From assembly GCA_021650915.1 (NCBI GenBank), contig CP091279.1, forward strand, positions 2,340,001-2,372,000: a stretch of 32,000 bases of DNA, written 5' to 3'. Made by a program: the position numbers and the translations under genes. The stretch is from Candidatus Brocadia sp. Lineage in GTDB: Bacteria > Planctomycetota > Brocadiia > Brocadiales > Brocadiaceae. The notes under the pieces are model-generated. The model worked only from the letters and a program-made list of their open reading frames with translations. It made no database searches and was not told where the DNA came from. This document shows positions 8,511 to 17,450 of the stretch, piece after piece (within the stretch, counting starts at the first letter, position 1; each line of letters opens with the position of its first letter).

Positions 8511-9200
8511 CTACTTTGACTCCTGAACCACGAAATCATCAAAAAAAGTATATGAATCAGCCTTTGTCCAAAGACCCACACCTCCCTGATCAAAGGTGTC
8601 ATCCGCAACTTCTATTACTTTTGCGTTATTAAAAAAGCACTGCACCTTGTCTCCCTTATAAACTACTTTTAAAAGGTGCCATTCATTTGATTTCACCTTC
8701 AGGTCTTTACCGCCAATTTGCCTGCGGTTTCCATCGACTACCTTGTATAATCTGACGTTATTTTCCTTAGCGTTGGCCCTGAGCACATAATAGTTATTAC
8801 TGTCTTTATACCGAAAGACTAACCCGCCGGACTGATCTACATCCCCACTGATAGCCCTGAACTTAACAAACGCCATGGCGTCTTTATAAGATACTCCATC
8901 CATTATCAACAAGGAAAACCGGTAATCGGTACCATCCAATTTGGTTTGCACGACTACATTATCCGCAGAAGGGGCATGTTCAATCTTTTTAACTACCCAG
9001 TGTCCCGGCTCCCCCTTTCCTGTAAAGGCATTTTGAAAACCACGAGGCAGGTCACCGTCTTTGTCGTCGTCGAAGTAATGCTCCTTTCTTTCTCCCAGGA
9101 TTTCAGAACCGGTAATCTTTTGTCCCTGCTGTGCATGAGCATAACTTCCTATGAACGAACTCATACAACAAATTATTGTGGCAATAAAAAGTTTTTTCAT
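8511..9200 (-). CDS. secreted LamG/concanavalin-like (DUF1080-type) protein
   Basis: 229-aa ORF with signal peptide MKKLFIATIICCMSSFIGSYAHA. GGLVFRYKDSNNYYVLRANAKENNVRLYKVVDG...WHLLKVVYKGDKVQCFFNN...GGVGLWTKADSYTFFDDFVV resembles the DUF1080/LamG jelly-roll pattern. Confidence 0.6.
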   Translation of the reverse strand: MKKLFIATIICCMSSFIGSYAHAQQGQKITGSEILGERKEHYFDDDKDGDLPRGFQNAFTGKGEPGHWVVKKIEHAPSADNVVVQTKLDGTDYRFSLLIMDGVSYKDAMAFVKFRAISGDVDQSGGLVFRYKDSNNYYVLRANAKENNVRLYKVVDGNRRQIGGKDLKVKSNEWHLLKVVYKGDKVQCFFNNAKVIEVADDTFDQGGVGLWTKADSYTFFDDFVVQESK

Positions 9201-9305
9201 AAACCGACCTCACCTTATTGAAAATGATATAAAAAACCGATACGGACAAGGGTGTAGACTGAATACACATGCGATTCACATCCGACCTGGAAAACTTTCA
9301 CATCG

Positions 9306-11234
9306 TCAGATCTTGCATCGTGCCTGAAAATTTAACAAACCACCAGCACAAAGAATATCAACCTCACGAGGGGTTAACGCATGGTTTACTCCAAATTTTT
9401 TATTTTTGGTCAGGTCATTGATAACCAGTGCACCACCAGATTTTAATTTATTTTTTATCTCTGGCAACTCGATGTTATCCCCCTGATCAATTACATCATA
9501 GTCATTTTCATTCTCAAAGGTTAGCGGAAGGATTCCAAAATTTATCAGATTCGCCCGGTGGATTCTGGCAAACGACTTGGCAATTACTGCTTTTACTCCT
9601 AAATACATTGGCGCCAGGGCGGCGTGTTCTCTGCTAGAACCTTGTCCATAGTTTACTCCCCCAATGAGGAACCCCCCTCCCTTTTCTTTTGCACGCTTTA
9701 CAAACTCCTTATCCACCTTCTCAAATACAAACTCCGAGATGGCGGGAATGTTCGACCGTAGTGGCAAAACCTTTGCGCCAGCCGGCATGATATGGTCAGT
9801 GGTAATATTATCACCTACCTTTAAAAGAACAGTACCTGTTAAGGTATCAGGTATAGGTTCCTTTTTTGGCAGAGGCTTTATATTAGGGCCTCTCCTGATG
9901 ACTACCTCTTCCGGTTTCGGCGAAGGGGGAATAATCATCGTATCATCAATGGTAAATCCCTTTGGATATTTCACAAATATCGGCTCTCTAAATTCCCTGG
10001 GGTCACTAATAACACCATTTACTGCCGTGGCGATAGCCGTTTCCGGGCTAACCAGGTATACCTGCGCATCGGCCGTTCCGCTTCGCCCCTCAAAGTTTCT
10101 GTTAAATGATCTTACGGAAACGCCTCCGGACGGGGGCGCTTGCCCCATTCCGATACAAGGGCCGCAGGCAACTTCAATCACCCGTGCACCTGCGCAAATC
10201 ATATCTGTTAGTGCACCATTTTTTGCTATCATCTCCAATACCTGTCTTGAACCGGGAGAAATGGTAAGACTTACCTCCGGATGCACCTTTCGTCCTTTTA
10301 GCATTGCCGCTGCCACCATCAGGTCATGGTATGATGAGTTTGTACAACTTCCAATGCAAACTTGCTCAACTTTTTTTCCCTTCACCTCACTAACCCTGCA
10401 AACATTATCGGGGCTATGGGGTCTGGCAATTAACGGTTCTAATGCAGAAAGATCAATCTCTATAATTTCATCGTACTGAGCACCGGCGTCAGCCTTCAAC
10501 GGTTTCCAAACATCCGCCCTCCCTTGCATCTTGAGATACTTTTTTGTCTGGGCATCACTTGGAAAAATCGAGGTAAGCGCCCCCAGTTCCGCCCCCATAT
10601 TAGTAATAGTAGCGCGTTCTGTCACGGTAAGACGCTTTACACCGTCACCTCCATATTCAAATACTTTACCGACGCCTCCTTTTACCGTTACCCTTCTTAG
10701 TAATTCTAAAATTACGTCCTTTGCCGTTACCCAGGGTTGCAACACTCCACTGAGTTTCACCAGCACTACCTTTGGCATGGACACGTAAAATGGTCCACCG
10801 GCCATAGCAACAGCGATATCGAGACCACCTGCACCAATAGCTATCATACCTAAGCCACCACACGTCGGGGTATGACTATCGGAACCCAACAAGGTTTCTC
10901 CTGGTACGGCGAATCGTTCAAGGTGCACCTGATGACAGATGCCATTGCCGGGTTTGGAGAAATAAATACCGTATTTTTCTGCTATGCTCTGAAGAAACAG
11001 ATGATCATCAAAATTTTCAAAACCTGTCTGGAGCATATTGTGGTCAACATAACTTACCGATAGTTTCGTCCTGACCTTTAGTATGTCCATGGCTTCAAAC
11101 TGAAGATAAGCCATAGTCCCAGTAGCATCCTGTGTAAGGGTTTGATCAATAGTAAAAGCGATCTCCTCACCGCTTTTTAGTTTACCGGATACAAGATGTG
11201 AGCTGAAAATTTTTTGTACCAGATTTTTTCCCAT
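9306..11234 (-). CDS. aconitase-family hydratase (642 aa, fused large+swivel domains; putative aconitate hydratase of the short 'Aquifex type')
   Basis: GSDSHTPTCGGLGMIAIGAGGLD, CIGSCTNSSYHDL, ACGPCIGMGQ (Fe-S ligand regions) and C-terminal NYGQGSSREHAALAP (swivel domain). Substrate not assignable from sequence alone. Confidence 0.85.
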   Translation of the reverse strand: MGKNLVQKIFSSHLVSGKLKSGEEIAFTIDQTLTQDATGTMAYLQFEAMDILKVRTKLSVSYVDHNMLQTGFENFDDHLFLQSIAEKYGIYFSKPGNGICHQVHLERFAVPGETLLGSDSHTPTCGGLGMIAIGAGGLDIAVAMAGGPFYVSMPKVVLVKLSGVLQPWVTAKDVILELLRRVTVKGGVGKVFEYGGDGVKRLTVTERATITNMGAELGALTSIFPSDAQTKKYLKMQGRADVWKPLKADAGAQYDEIIEIDLSALEPLIARPHSPDNVCRVSEVKGKKVEQVCIGSCTNSSYHDLMVAAAMLKGRKVHPEVSLTISPGSRQVLEMIAKNGALTDMICAGARVIEVACGPCIGMGQAPPSGGVSVRSFNRNFEGRSGTADAQVYLVSPETAIATAVNGVISDPREFREPIFVKYPKGFTIDDTMIIPPSPKPEEVVIRRGPNIKPLPKKEPIPDTLTGTVLLKVGDNITTDHIMPAGAKVLPLRSNIPAISEFVFEKVDKEFVKRAKEKGGGFLIGGVNYGQGSSREHAALAPMYLGVKAVIAKSFARIHRANLINFGILPLTFENENDYDVIDQGDNIELPEIKNKLKSGGALVINDLTKNKKFGVNHALTPREVDILCAGGLLNFQARCKI

Positions 11235-11332
11235 TTTTGCCCTTTCACTGGTAAATTGCCGTAGCTGCTGTCAGACAATTAACTTTTACACAATAATTAA
11301 TTTTTAAGTTTATCACCAGAACTGAGTAGAAA

Positions 11333-11370
11333 ATGAAAAAAAATCCCACCGCTTTGAGACGGTGGGATTT
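11333..11370 (-). terminator. rho-independent terminator downstream of the cytochrome gene
   Basis: On the minus strand: 11-bp perfect stem AAATCCCACCG/CGGTGGGATTT (11341-11351 / 11360-11370), 8-nt loop, followed by a T-run (plus-strand A-run 11333-11340). Sits 41 nt after the cytochrome stop. Confidence 0.8.
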
Positions 11371-11410
11371 ATGTTAAGGCATTCTACTGCTCTTTCAAAT
11401 CAAATTGATT

Positions 11411-12637
11411 CTATTGGTGTACTAGCTGAGGTTTTAGGTACCCATAACCTCCAAAAAGTAATACGTCAATTTCTTTTGGTATAAAACTTTTACTAAAATT
11501 ATGCGATTTATTCGGGCCGTGACACGACTGACATGTCACCAAATCCTTAGAAATCAAACCCTGTTGACGCAACTCCATAACCTTACCAAAAATCGACCCC
11601 TTGGCTATATTTAACTGAGCATGTTCTGGTCCGCCAATGTGGCATTTTTCGCAGGCATCGGATGCCCTTGCCTCAGTTACCGAGAATTTGTGACTTGGAT
11701 GACAGGCATCACAACTGCCGCCAACTCTATCAAAATCGTAGCTCAGACTTAACTTATGACACCCCTTGCAATCTTTAATATGCAACAATCTTGTACTAAT
11801 CACATCGAACTTACTGGTAACGGCAACAGGGTGGCCTTGGAGATGCTTGCTTTCACGGAAATCAAGGTACTGATTCTGATGGCACTCACCACAGGTACTT
11901 GCAGAAACATGACCACGTTTCTTTGCAATTAACCGATGGTCGTTTCCGTGACACGTGACACACGTCACACCCTTCACCGCGTGAACACCTTTTGTCCATT
12001 CCTTCACAACATCAGGAGTGGCCATCTTATGGCAAGCCAGACAGTCAACCTCTTCGTAGGTACCATATGGTTTGATCTTCCTTGCTGCATAAGCCTTAAA
12101 CAAATCGCCCGGCATGTGTGGATGAACCACACCAAGATGGCAATCTGTGCAGGTCAATTTTTCAAGCGCTACACCATTGTAAACTTCAGTGCGATGTTTA
12201 TTGCTTTTTAAGACATATTCAATATGGGATTTGTCTTTTGTAAAACCTTCTGAATGGCAGCGGATACAGTTCCCATTTAAAATTTCCAAACTGTCTTCGG
12301 CTATTTCAATGAATGCACCATCGCTATATGCCTGGAATGAATGCATCAAAGAATCATGCGTTCCATCGCTGAGTTTTGCGTGGGCATAGCCTTTGAGCCC
12401 TGGACCAACATGACAAGCGTGACAATTTTCGACATGTTCATTATGATGTTTTGATGCCTTAAAAGAATCATAATGGATTTTCATTTCATGGCAACTAGCG
12501 CAAAACTCACTTTTTTCTGAATAATGATATACCTTATGAATCGTAACGAAAAAAACTGCTAGCGCAATTATAGCAAAAAAGCCTACAAGCTTTTTTCTTT
12601 TCTGAATAAATTCTAACACCTGCTTCAACCGCTCCAT
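11411..12637 (-). CDS. membrane-anchored multihaem cytochrome c, 11 CxxCH motifs, NrfH/NapC-like N-terminus
   Basis: 408-aa ORF with N-terminal TM helix (LVGFFAIIALAVFFVTI). Eleven CxxCH motifs: CASCH, CHACH, CIRCH, CTDCH, CLACH, CVTCH, CGECH, CKGCH, CDACH, CEKCH, CQSCH. The first is CASCHEM (the CxxCHxM form I recall from NrfH haem 1). Confidence 0.9.
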   Translation of the reverse strand: MERLKQVLEFIQKRKKLVGFFAIIALAVFFVTIHKVYHYSEKSEFCASCHEMKIHYDSFKASKHHNEHVENCHACHVGPGLKGYAHAKLSDGTHDSLMHSFQAYSDGAFIEIAEDSLEILNGNCIRCHSEGFTKDKSHIEYVLKSNKHRTEVYNGVALEKLTCTDCHLGVVHPHMPGDLFKAYAARKIKPYGTYEEVDCLACHKMATPDVVKEWTKGVHAVKGVTCVTCHGNDHRLIAKKRGHVSASTCGECHQNQYLDFRESKHLQGHPVAVTSKFDVISTRLLHIKDCKGCHKLSLSYDFDRVGGSCDACHPSHKFSVTEARASDACEKCHIGGPEHAQLNIAKGSIFGKVMELRQQGLISKDLVTCQSCHGPNKSHNFSKSFIPKEIDVLLFGGYGYLKPQLVHQ

Positions 12638-12994
12638 ACACTCCTCCTAAATTTCTTTTGACGGCAGTTAACCTTCATTATGTATCTCAGATATTTAATT
12701 AATAATTCTAGTATATAGACACGTTAGTTACGACTCATGACAGCGGTAGCAATTATACCATTATTACACTATAAATGACATCTACATGTTTTCGTTATTA
12801 ATGTGTTATTGTACTAGAATATCAACCCTTTTCCTAATGCAAAACATTAACTAGCTATATTCAACAAATTTAGAATAAAATAAAGCTCTGAAATCCTACC
12901 ATAAAATTTTTACATGTTCAAGTTATTTTTTAATTGGTCACGAATTCTCTTTCTTGGAAAAAGAAATCATGTCTCCATAAAAACAGTTTCCCAC

Positions 12995-13014
12995 ATATTA
13001 ATCGTCTCATAATA
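12995..13014. repeat. 20-bp repeat ATATTAATCGTCTCATAATA, left copy
   Basis: Perfect inverted match to 19240-19259. Lies where the AT-rich cytochrome upstream region gives way to intron-derived sequence. Confidence 0.85.
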
Positions 13015-13029
13015 GAACACACATTAAGC

Positions 13030-14723
13030 TGTCCGTTTAGTGCTTCAATATTGGAGGATGGCGTGCCTTGAAGTATGGGATACCTAAGTGGTTGAAAATA
13101 TCACCTCTGCGAGCCGAAATCCAAGCTGTATGAGATGGTGACGGACGACTGGCTCTCACAGGTCTGTCTTTGAAGTCGTCAGCAGTGCTCATAATAGTTT
13201 CTGGTGTGTACCAGGAATGAAGGGGCATAACCGTAGTAGAGTTGATGAAACGTGGTAGATTGAATACGTTCCATGAGAAAAGAGACTCTTTGCATGGGCA
13301 AGTAGTAGCAAGAGCCTCTCTTGTTTTGCCTCTGTCAGGAGGAATCTCGACTCAGGAAACACGATTGACAAGTCTATTATCCGGAATCAATCAAAAGGAA
13401 CATATCGGGAGATGCTTAAGTATCATTCTTTAAGAGACAAGGTATTCAGTCTGAGAAACCTTTATGCGGCTTTTGGGCACGTAAAGAAGAATAAAGGCAA
13501 GGCTGGTCTCGACAGGGTAAGTATTAAGCAGTTTGAAAGTGACCTTGAGAATAATCTACAAGCTATTCACAAGGAACTGAAAACCGCCATATACAACCCT
13601 GCGCCCGTCTTAAGGGTCTACATTCCCAAAGGCAGGCATGACAAGAGACCTCTTGGCATTCCCATTGTCAAGGACAGGGTAGTACAGCAGGCGTTCAGAC
13701 AAATCATAGAGCCAATATTCGAGAAAGAATTCTCAGATAACAGCTTTGGATTTCGTCCAAACAGATGCTGTCATGATGCTATCAAACGGATTGAACAGTA
13801 TAAGCAGCAAGGGTATCGGAACATTTTGGACGCCGATATAAAGGCGTTCTATGATACCATACCTCACAAGCTTATCATGAACTCCTTGCGTGAGAAAATT
13901 GCTGACGGATGGGTTTTGAACAGTATCGAGAACATGCTCAAGGCAGGGGTCATGGAGAACGGCATCGTGCATGAGACAAATCAAGGCACTCCGCAAGGAG
14001 GCGTCATATCTCCCTTGCTTGCAAACCTTATCGGTGACATCATCGACAAGGAGCTTGAAAAGGCAGGATATAAATTTGTCCGCTATGCCGATGACTTCGT
14101 TGTCATGACTAAAACAAAAGAAGAACTCCCTGCCGCCCTTCAGTACGTCAAAGAAATCATCGAAGGGAAACTTGAAATGAAGCTGAGCGAGGATAAAACC
14201 AGGCTCACCAACTTCAAACGAGGCTTCCGGTTTCTCGGATATAATTTCATGGGCAAGAACAAGGGTATAAGCATGAAATCCCTGGACAAACTCAAGGACG
14301 CCGTCAGAGACATCACCAAACGCACACAAGGCGTCAACCTGCAAGCCGTCATTGATACATTAAATCCTGCCATAAGGGGACATGTCAACTATTTTCGGCT
14401 GGGCAATGTACAAACGGTATATCGCTCGTCAGACTGCTGGGTACGCATGAGACTGAGAAGTTTCAAGTTTTCGAGAAAATGGAAAACTGACAACAAACGT
14501 TTCCCGGTACACCGATTCTTTAAGATGGGGTTACTCTCATTTGAAAGAGAATTTCTTAAGGCACGTGCAAAGGCATGATAGTTTACTTTTCTCTGCTCCA
14601 GAGCAACACTATGGGGTCGCTAACTACGGGAAAGCCGTATGGTTTAAAAGGATACTTTGTCACGTTGTCCAAAGTATCTGGCGACGATTGGGGGTTGGAG
14701 GCGATTCGCCTCCTTCCTACCAG
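13030..14723 (+). mobile_element. group II intron remnant encoding an RT/maturase (5' boundary uncertain; domain V collapsed; domain VI cut by an IS)
   Basis: RT ORF at 13412-14578. Downstream, AAGCCGTATGGTTT (14632-14645) looks like the two ends of a domain V with the middle missing. A DVI-like hairpin GGAGGCG-ATT-CGCCTCC (14697-14713) followed by TTCCTACCAG resembles the DVI at 24424-24459. Only ~380 nt of non-AT-rich sequence precede the ORF. Confidence 0.65.
13412..14578 (+). CDS. group II intron reverse transcriptase/maturase (no endonuclease domain)
   Basis: 388-aa ORF. RT blocks RPLGIPIVKDRVVQQA, FGFRPNRCCHDA, GTPQGGVISPLLANL, VRYADDFVVM (YADD), then X/maturase-like LNPAIRGHVNYFRLGN. 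Confidence 0.9.
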   Translation: MLKYHSLRDKVFSLRNLYAAFGHVKKNKGKAGLDRVSIKQFESDLENNLQAIHKELKTAIYNPAPVLRVYIPKGRHDKRPLGIPIVKDRVVQQAFRQIIEPIFEKEFSDNSFGFRPNRCCHDAIKRIEQYKQQGYRNILDADIKAFYDTIPHKLIMNSLREKIADGWVLNSIENMLKAGVMENGIVHETNQGTPQGGVISPLLANLIGDIIDKELEKAGYKFVRYADDFVVMTKTKEELPAALQYVKEIIEGKLEMKLSEDKTRLTNFKRGFRFLGYNFMGKNKGISMKSLDKLKDAVRDITKRTQGVNLQAVIDTLNPAIRGHVNYFRLGNVQTVYRSSDCWVRMRLRSFKFSRKWKTDNKRFPVHRFFKMGLLSFEREFLKARAKA

Positions 14724-14802
14724 CTAACCCGACTTTCGCAATTCGAGGGGTATACAACCCGCTAAGCCAGGAAAATCAAGGGGTCATGTAAAAAGGTCGG
14801 CA

Positions 14803-16801
14803 CTACAGGCCGACCTGTCCGGATGCGTAAACCTTGGGCGGCGGTTGTTCAGGAAGCGTTAATCCCAACTGCGCCAAAAGGAGTAAAACGTCCTTCTCCG
14901 GCTGGGTATAACGGCTCATGACAATATGACGGCCATCCGTGGTCGGTAAATGAACGTCTATCATTTGAATGCCCGACAGTTTTTCCAAAATCGCTTCAGA
15001 CGTCAGCCCTCCGGCCCTCCCCGCGCAAGATTGCGCAGTGTCGTGTGGAGACAAAAAGCCAAAAAGGAAACAAAGATATGGGCTTCAATTCTCCGTTCCA
15101 ATTGATGCCATAGGGGGCGGACGGAAAGAGACCCCTTCAAGTCCTTAAATGCCTGTTCTATCCGCGTCAACAGCAAATAATTTTCCCAGACGGTTTCTGG
15201 CGCGGCGGCCTGCATGTTGGAACGAAGCAAATAACGCCCCTCGCGCCGATACGCCTGCCTCAGGCGTTCCCGATCCAAACTGAACCGGAACGTATTCTCA
15301 TTGACCGGTTCCTGCGGTTTGGGAATGGAGATCGTGACCAGTCTGTAGTCTCGTCCGGCTTCTTTCTTTAACGCGCCAATATGCATGAGCAGGTCATCGC
15401 GCGTGAGGGCTTTTCGATTGCGAAGTTCGCGCAGGCCCATCCACAAACGTCTGAGTCTGCGCCTACGCATGGCACGCTCCTTAGACACCCGGTCATGGCT
15501 TTCCACGTAAACGTAAAACTCCGATTCCTGCCGAAGAACTTTCACGCGGACACTCTCCCTCGCCTGCATCCAGGTTTGTTCGAGCAACGGTTTTTCTACT
15601 CGCGTCAAATGTCCCTTCGGAGTCCCAACCAAATAATCAATCCCGCGCTCACGCATCTTTTCCAACATCTCCTCCGTTGGAATACCGCGATCCATAAGCC
15701 AGGTGCGCCGGAATTTCCCATACTGCTTTTCAATCCGATCCAGAAATTCCTCCAGCGTTGCGGTGTCTCTGGTATTGCCCGGATACACTTCGTAGGCCAC
15801 GGGAAATCCTTCCGGCGTTAACACCAATGCCACTACCACCTGCACGCAATCCGAACGTTTGTCCCGGCTATATCCAAACCGTTTCTTACTCCCCGATCCA
15901 GTCGGAGGTGGGTCACTTTCAAAATACGTACTCGTCAAATCATACAGCAGCACATCGTACTTCGCCCCAAAGAGTTTTCCCCACTTCTCCTTTAAATAGG
16001 CAAACAGCTCGTCCCGATGCTCAAGCAACAAATCCAAACAACGATACGCCTTGTCCTTCTGCGCCAGGGAATAATCCTCTCCCAGCAGATCGCCTGTTGC
16101 GCTCCGCACGTACCACTCACGGTGAAAACGAAATTCGCTTCCCGGATCGATCAACCGGTAACAGACAAGCGCCTTCAGTATATTCAACCAGCTTGTCCCC
16201 TTCCGGCTTGACGGCAGACGCATCCTCCAGAATGTGTCCAGTTCCAGCATATTCCATAGCGCGGCACAGCCGCAACCAAATTTCCTTTATGAAAGCGGGG
16301 AGATTGCTTCGGAAAAGGCCCTCGCAATGACACCGGCCATGCACTTTGATGGTACACTGCATGTTGTCATTGCGAGTGAAGCGAAGCAATCTTTCACTCA
16401 TAAAAAACGGTACCTCCTGAAAGGGGTTTGTGAAAAAACTCACAGAAAAAAGAAGTTTTTATACAGTAATACTATACATACAATCCCAACCAGCTTGCTC
16501 CCCACTCCCGCGGATGGCGCAGCTCTATTTTGTCCAACCGCACCCGAACGGTCTCACCATCCGGTATCGGCATGGCTTCCCGGTCATCCGGAAACAATGC
16601 CAGTTGTCTTGGCCTGGGTTCTTTACCCGACACCGCCTCTATCGTCCGAACCCACCCAGCCCGTTGATTGTCATTGAGTTCTCCCAAAGAGAGAACCTGC
16701 CGCTGCACCACCCTTCTTCCGCTGACCCGGCGGTTCTCTACCATGCTCCAATAACGGTGGGTTTTTCCATCTTTCGTTCGTGTCTTTTCCCGGAGAAGCA
16801 T
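14803..16801 (-). pseudogene. IS1634-like DDE transposase, disrupted (insert plus frameshift)
   Basis: Three ORF pieces. 16472-16852 is the N-terminus, likely true start MLLREKTRTKDGKTHRYWSMVENRR at 16801. 15003-16250 is the DDE core. 14803-15054 is the C-terminus ...LTSEAILEKLSGIQMIDVHLPTTDGR.... The first two are separated by a ~218-bp insert; the last two overlap in different frames around a G-rich run near 15003-15054. Confidence 0.8.
16260..16477. repeat. ~218-bp non-coding insert inside the transposase gene, carrying an inverted pair of GATTGCTTCG...TCGCAATGACA modules (MITE-like)
   Basis: Transposase reading ...WLGLY (ends 16478) resumes as LWNMLELDTFW (from 16259); the two join into the pattern WLxLxLW. 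Inside the insert, GATTGCTTCGGAAAAGGCCCTCGCAATGACA (16302-16332) faces TGTCATTGCGAGTGAAGCGAAGCAATC (16365-16391). Boundaries inferred from the protein, +/- a few nt. Confidence 0.55.
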
Positions 16802-16961
16802 GCGAGCATTTTCGCACTTCCCCCTGCATGCGTCAAGAGGGTAGGTCGGCACTACAAGCCGTTTTGAAAATTCACCCCTTGAATATCACGGGTTTCCTGG
16901 CGACTCTTGCCCAAAAATAAACTTTTTTGGGCGCGAATTGCGAAAGTCGGGCTAAACCAGG

Positions 16962-17360
16962 GTGAGTATTACGAAAGAGAATTACCTTTTTATGAATTAT
17001 ACCTATCAAAACCCGGAAGATAATCGCGGAAATGACCTGCCGTTTGTTGCAAGACACTACGGCAACTTTGGAGTGAACGCGCGGCCCTGCAAATATATCA
17101 ACGCCAACCTGAGCGCCTTTTTCAGCGGAAATCGGTCCAGGGACGATGACGATCCTGATGAAGAGAGGGACGACTTGTCATCGTATGCCTTGTTAAATCT
17201 CTCTCTCATCGCCAAGGAATTCTTTAAGAGCATGGAGGTGCAGGGAACGGTATTCAACCTGCTCGACAAAGACTATAGCGACCCCGGTCCTCCCGAAGTG
17301 TCCGACGACCTGCCCAGGCCCGGAAGGACATTTTTTGTTGGACTGAGCTACCAGTTTTAG
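16962..17360 (+). pseudogene. 3' fragment of a TonB-dependent receptor / outer-membrane beta-barrel gene
   Basis: Encodes only ~130 aa: ...NYLFMNYTYQNPEDNRGNDLPFVARHYGNFGVN...NLLDKDYSDP...PRPGRTFFVGLSYQF, with terminal aromatic F typical of OMP C-termini. No plug or barrel N-terminal part upstream. Confidence 0.65.
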
Positions 17361-17415
17361 TACCAAAGGAGAAACCCACACTCTCTGAGTGTGGGTTTCT
17401 CCTTTGGTACTAAAA
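17355..17415. other. 27-bp perfect stem-loop overlapping the stop codon of the receptor fragment
   Basis: TTTTAGTACCAAAGGAGAAACCCACAC (17355-17381), loop TCTCTGA, GTGTGGGTTTCTCCTTTGGTACTAAAA (17389-17415). No U-tract after the stem, so not a canonical intrinsic terminator. Confidence 0.7.
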
Positions 17416-17450
17416 TCGATAGAATTGTGCTGAAATAGTGAATATATTTC

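Larger units (their letters stand above)
14724..16955 (-). mobile_element. IS1634/IS4-superfamily insertion sequence #1 (decayed)
   Basis: 22-bp terminal inverted repeats CTAACCCGACTTTCGCAATTCG (14724-14745) versus CGAATTGCGAAAGTCGGGCTAA (16934-16955), 2 mismatches. Further subterminal inverted blocks (GCCAGGAAA 14766-14774 / TTTCCTGGC 16893-16901; TCAAGGGG / CCCCTTGA; GGTCGGCACTACA[G/A]GCCG hairpin motif near both ends). 5-bp direct repeat ACCAG at 14719-14723 and 16956-16960. Confidence 0.8.

Noticed and set aside
14650-14679. Hairpin GGATACTTTG...CAAAGTATCT downstream of the RT ORF as domain V
   Set aside because: No AGC triad, no 2-nt bulge and a 10-nt loop. It does not resemble DV.
14541-14765. 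74-aa + strand ORF after the RT gene
   Set aside because: It reads through intron DV/DVI remnants and into the IS terminal repeat. Artefact of structured RNA sequence.
16117-16677. ORFs 16117-16443 (-) and 16234-16677 (+)
   Set aside because: They read across the palindromic insert and out-of-frame transposase sequence. Peptides such as HCEGLFRSNLP / VIASEAKQS are translations of the repeat module.
16802-16852. GTG start at 16852 for the IS1634-like transposase
   Set aside because: The extra 17 residues read through the subterminal hairpin. The family-typical N-terminus MLLREKTRTKDGK starts at the ATG at 16799-16801.
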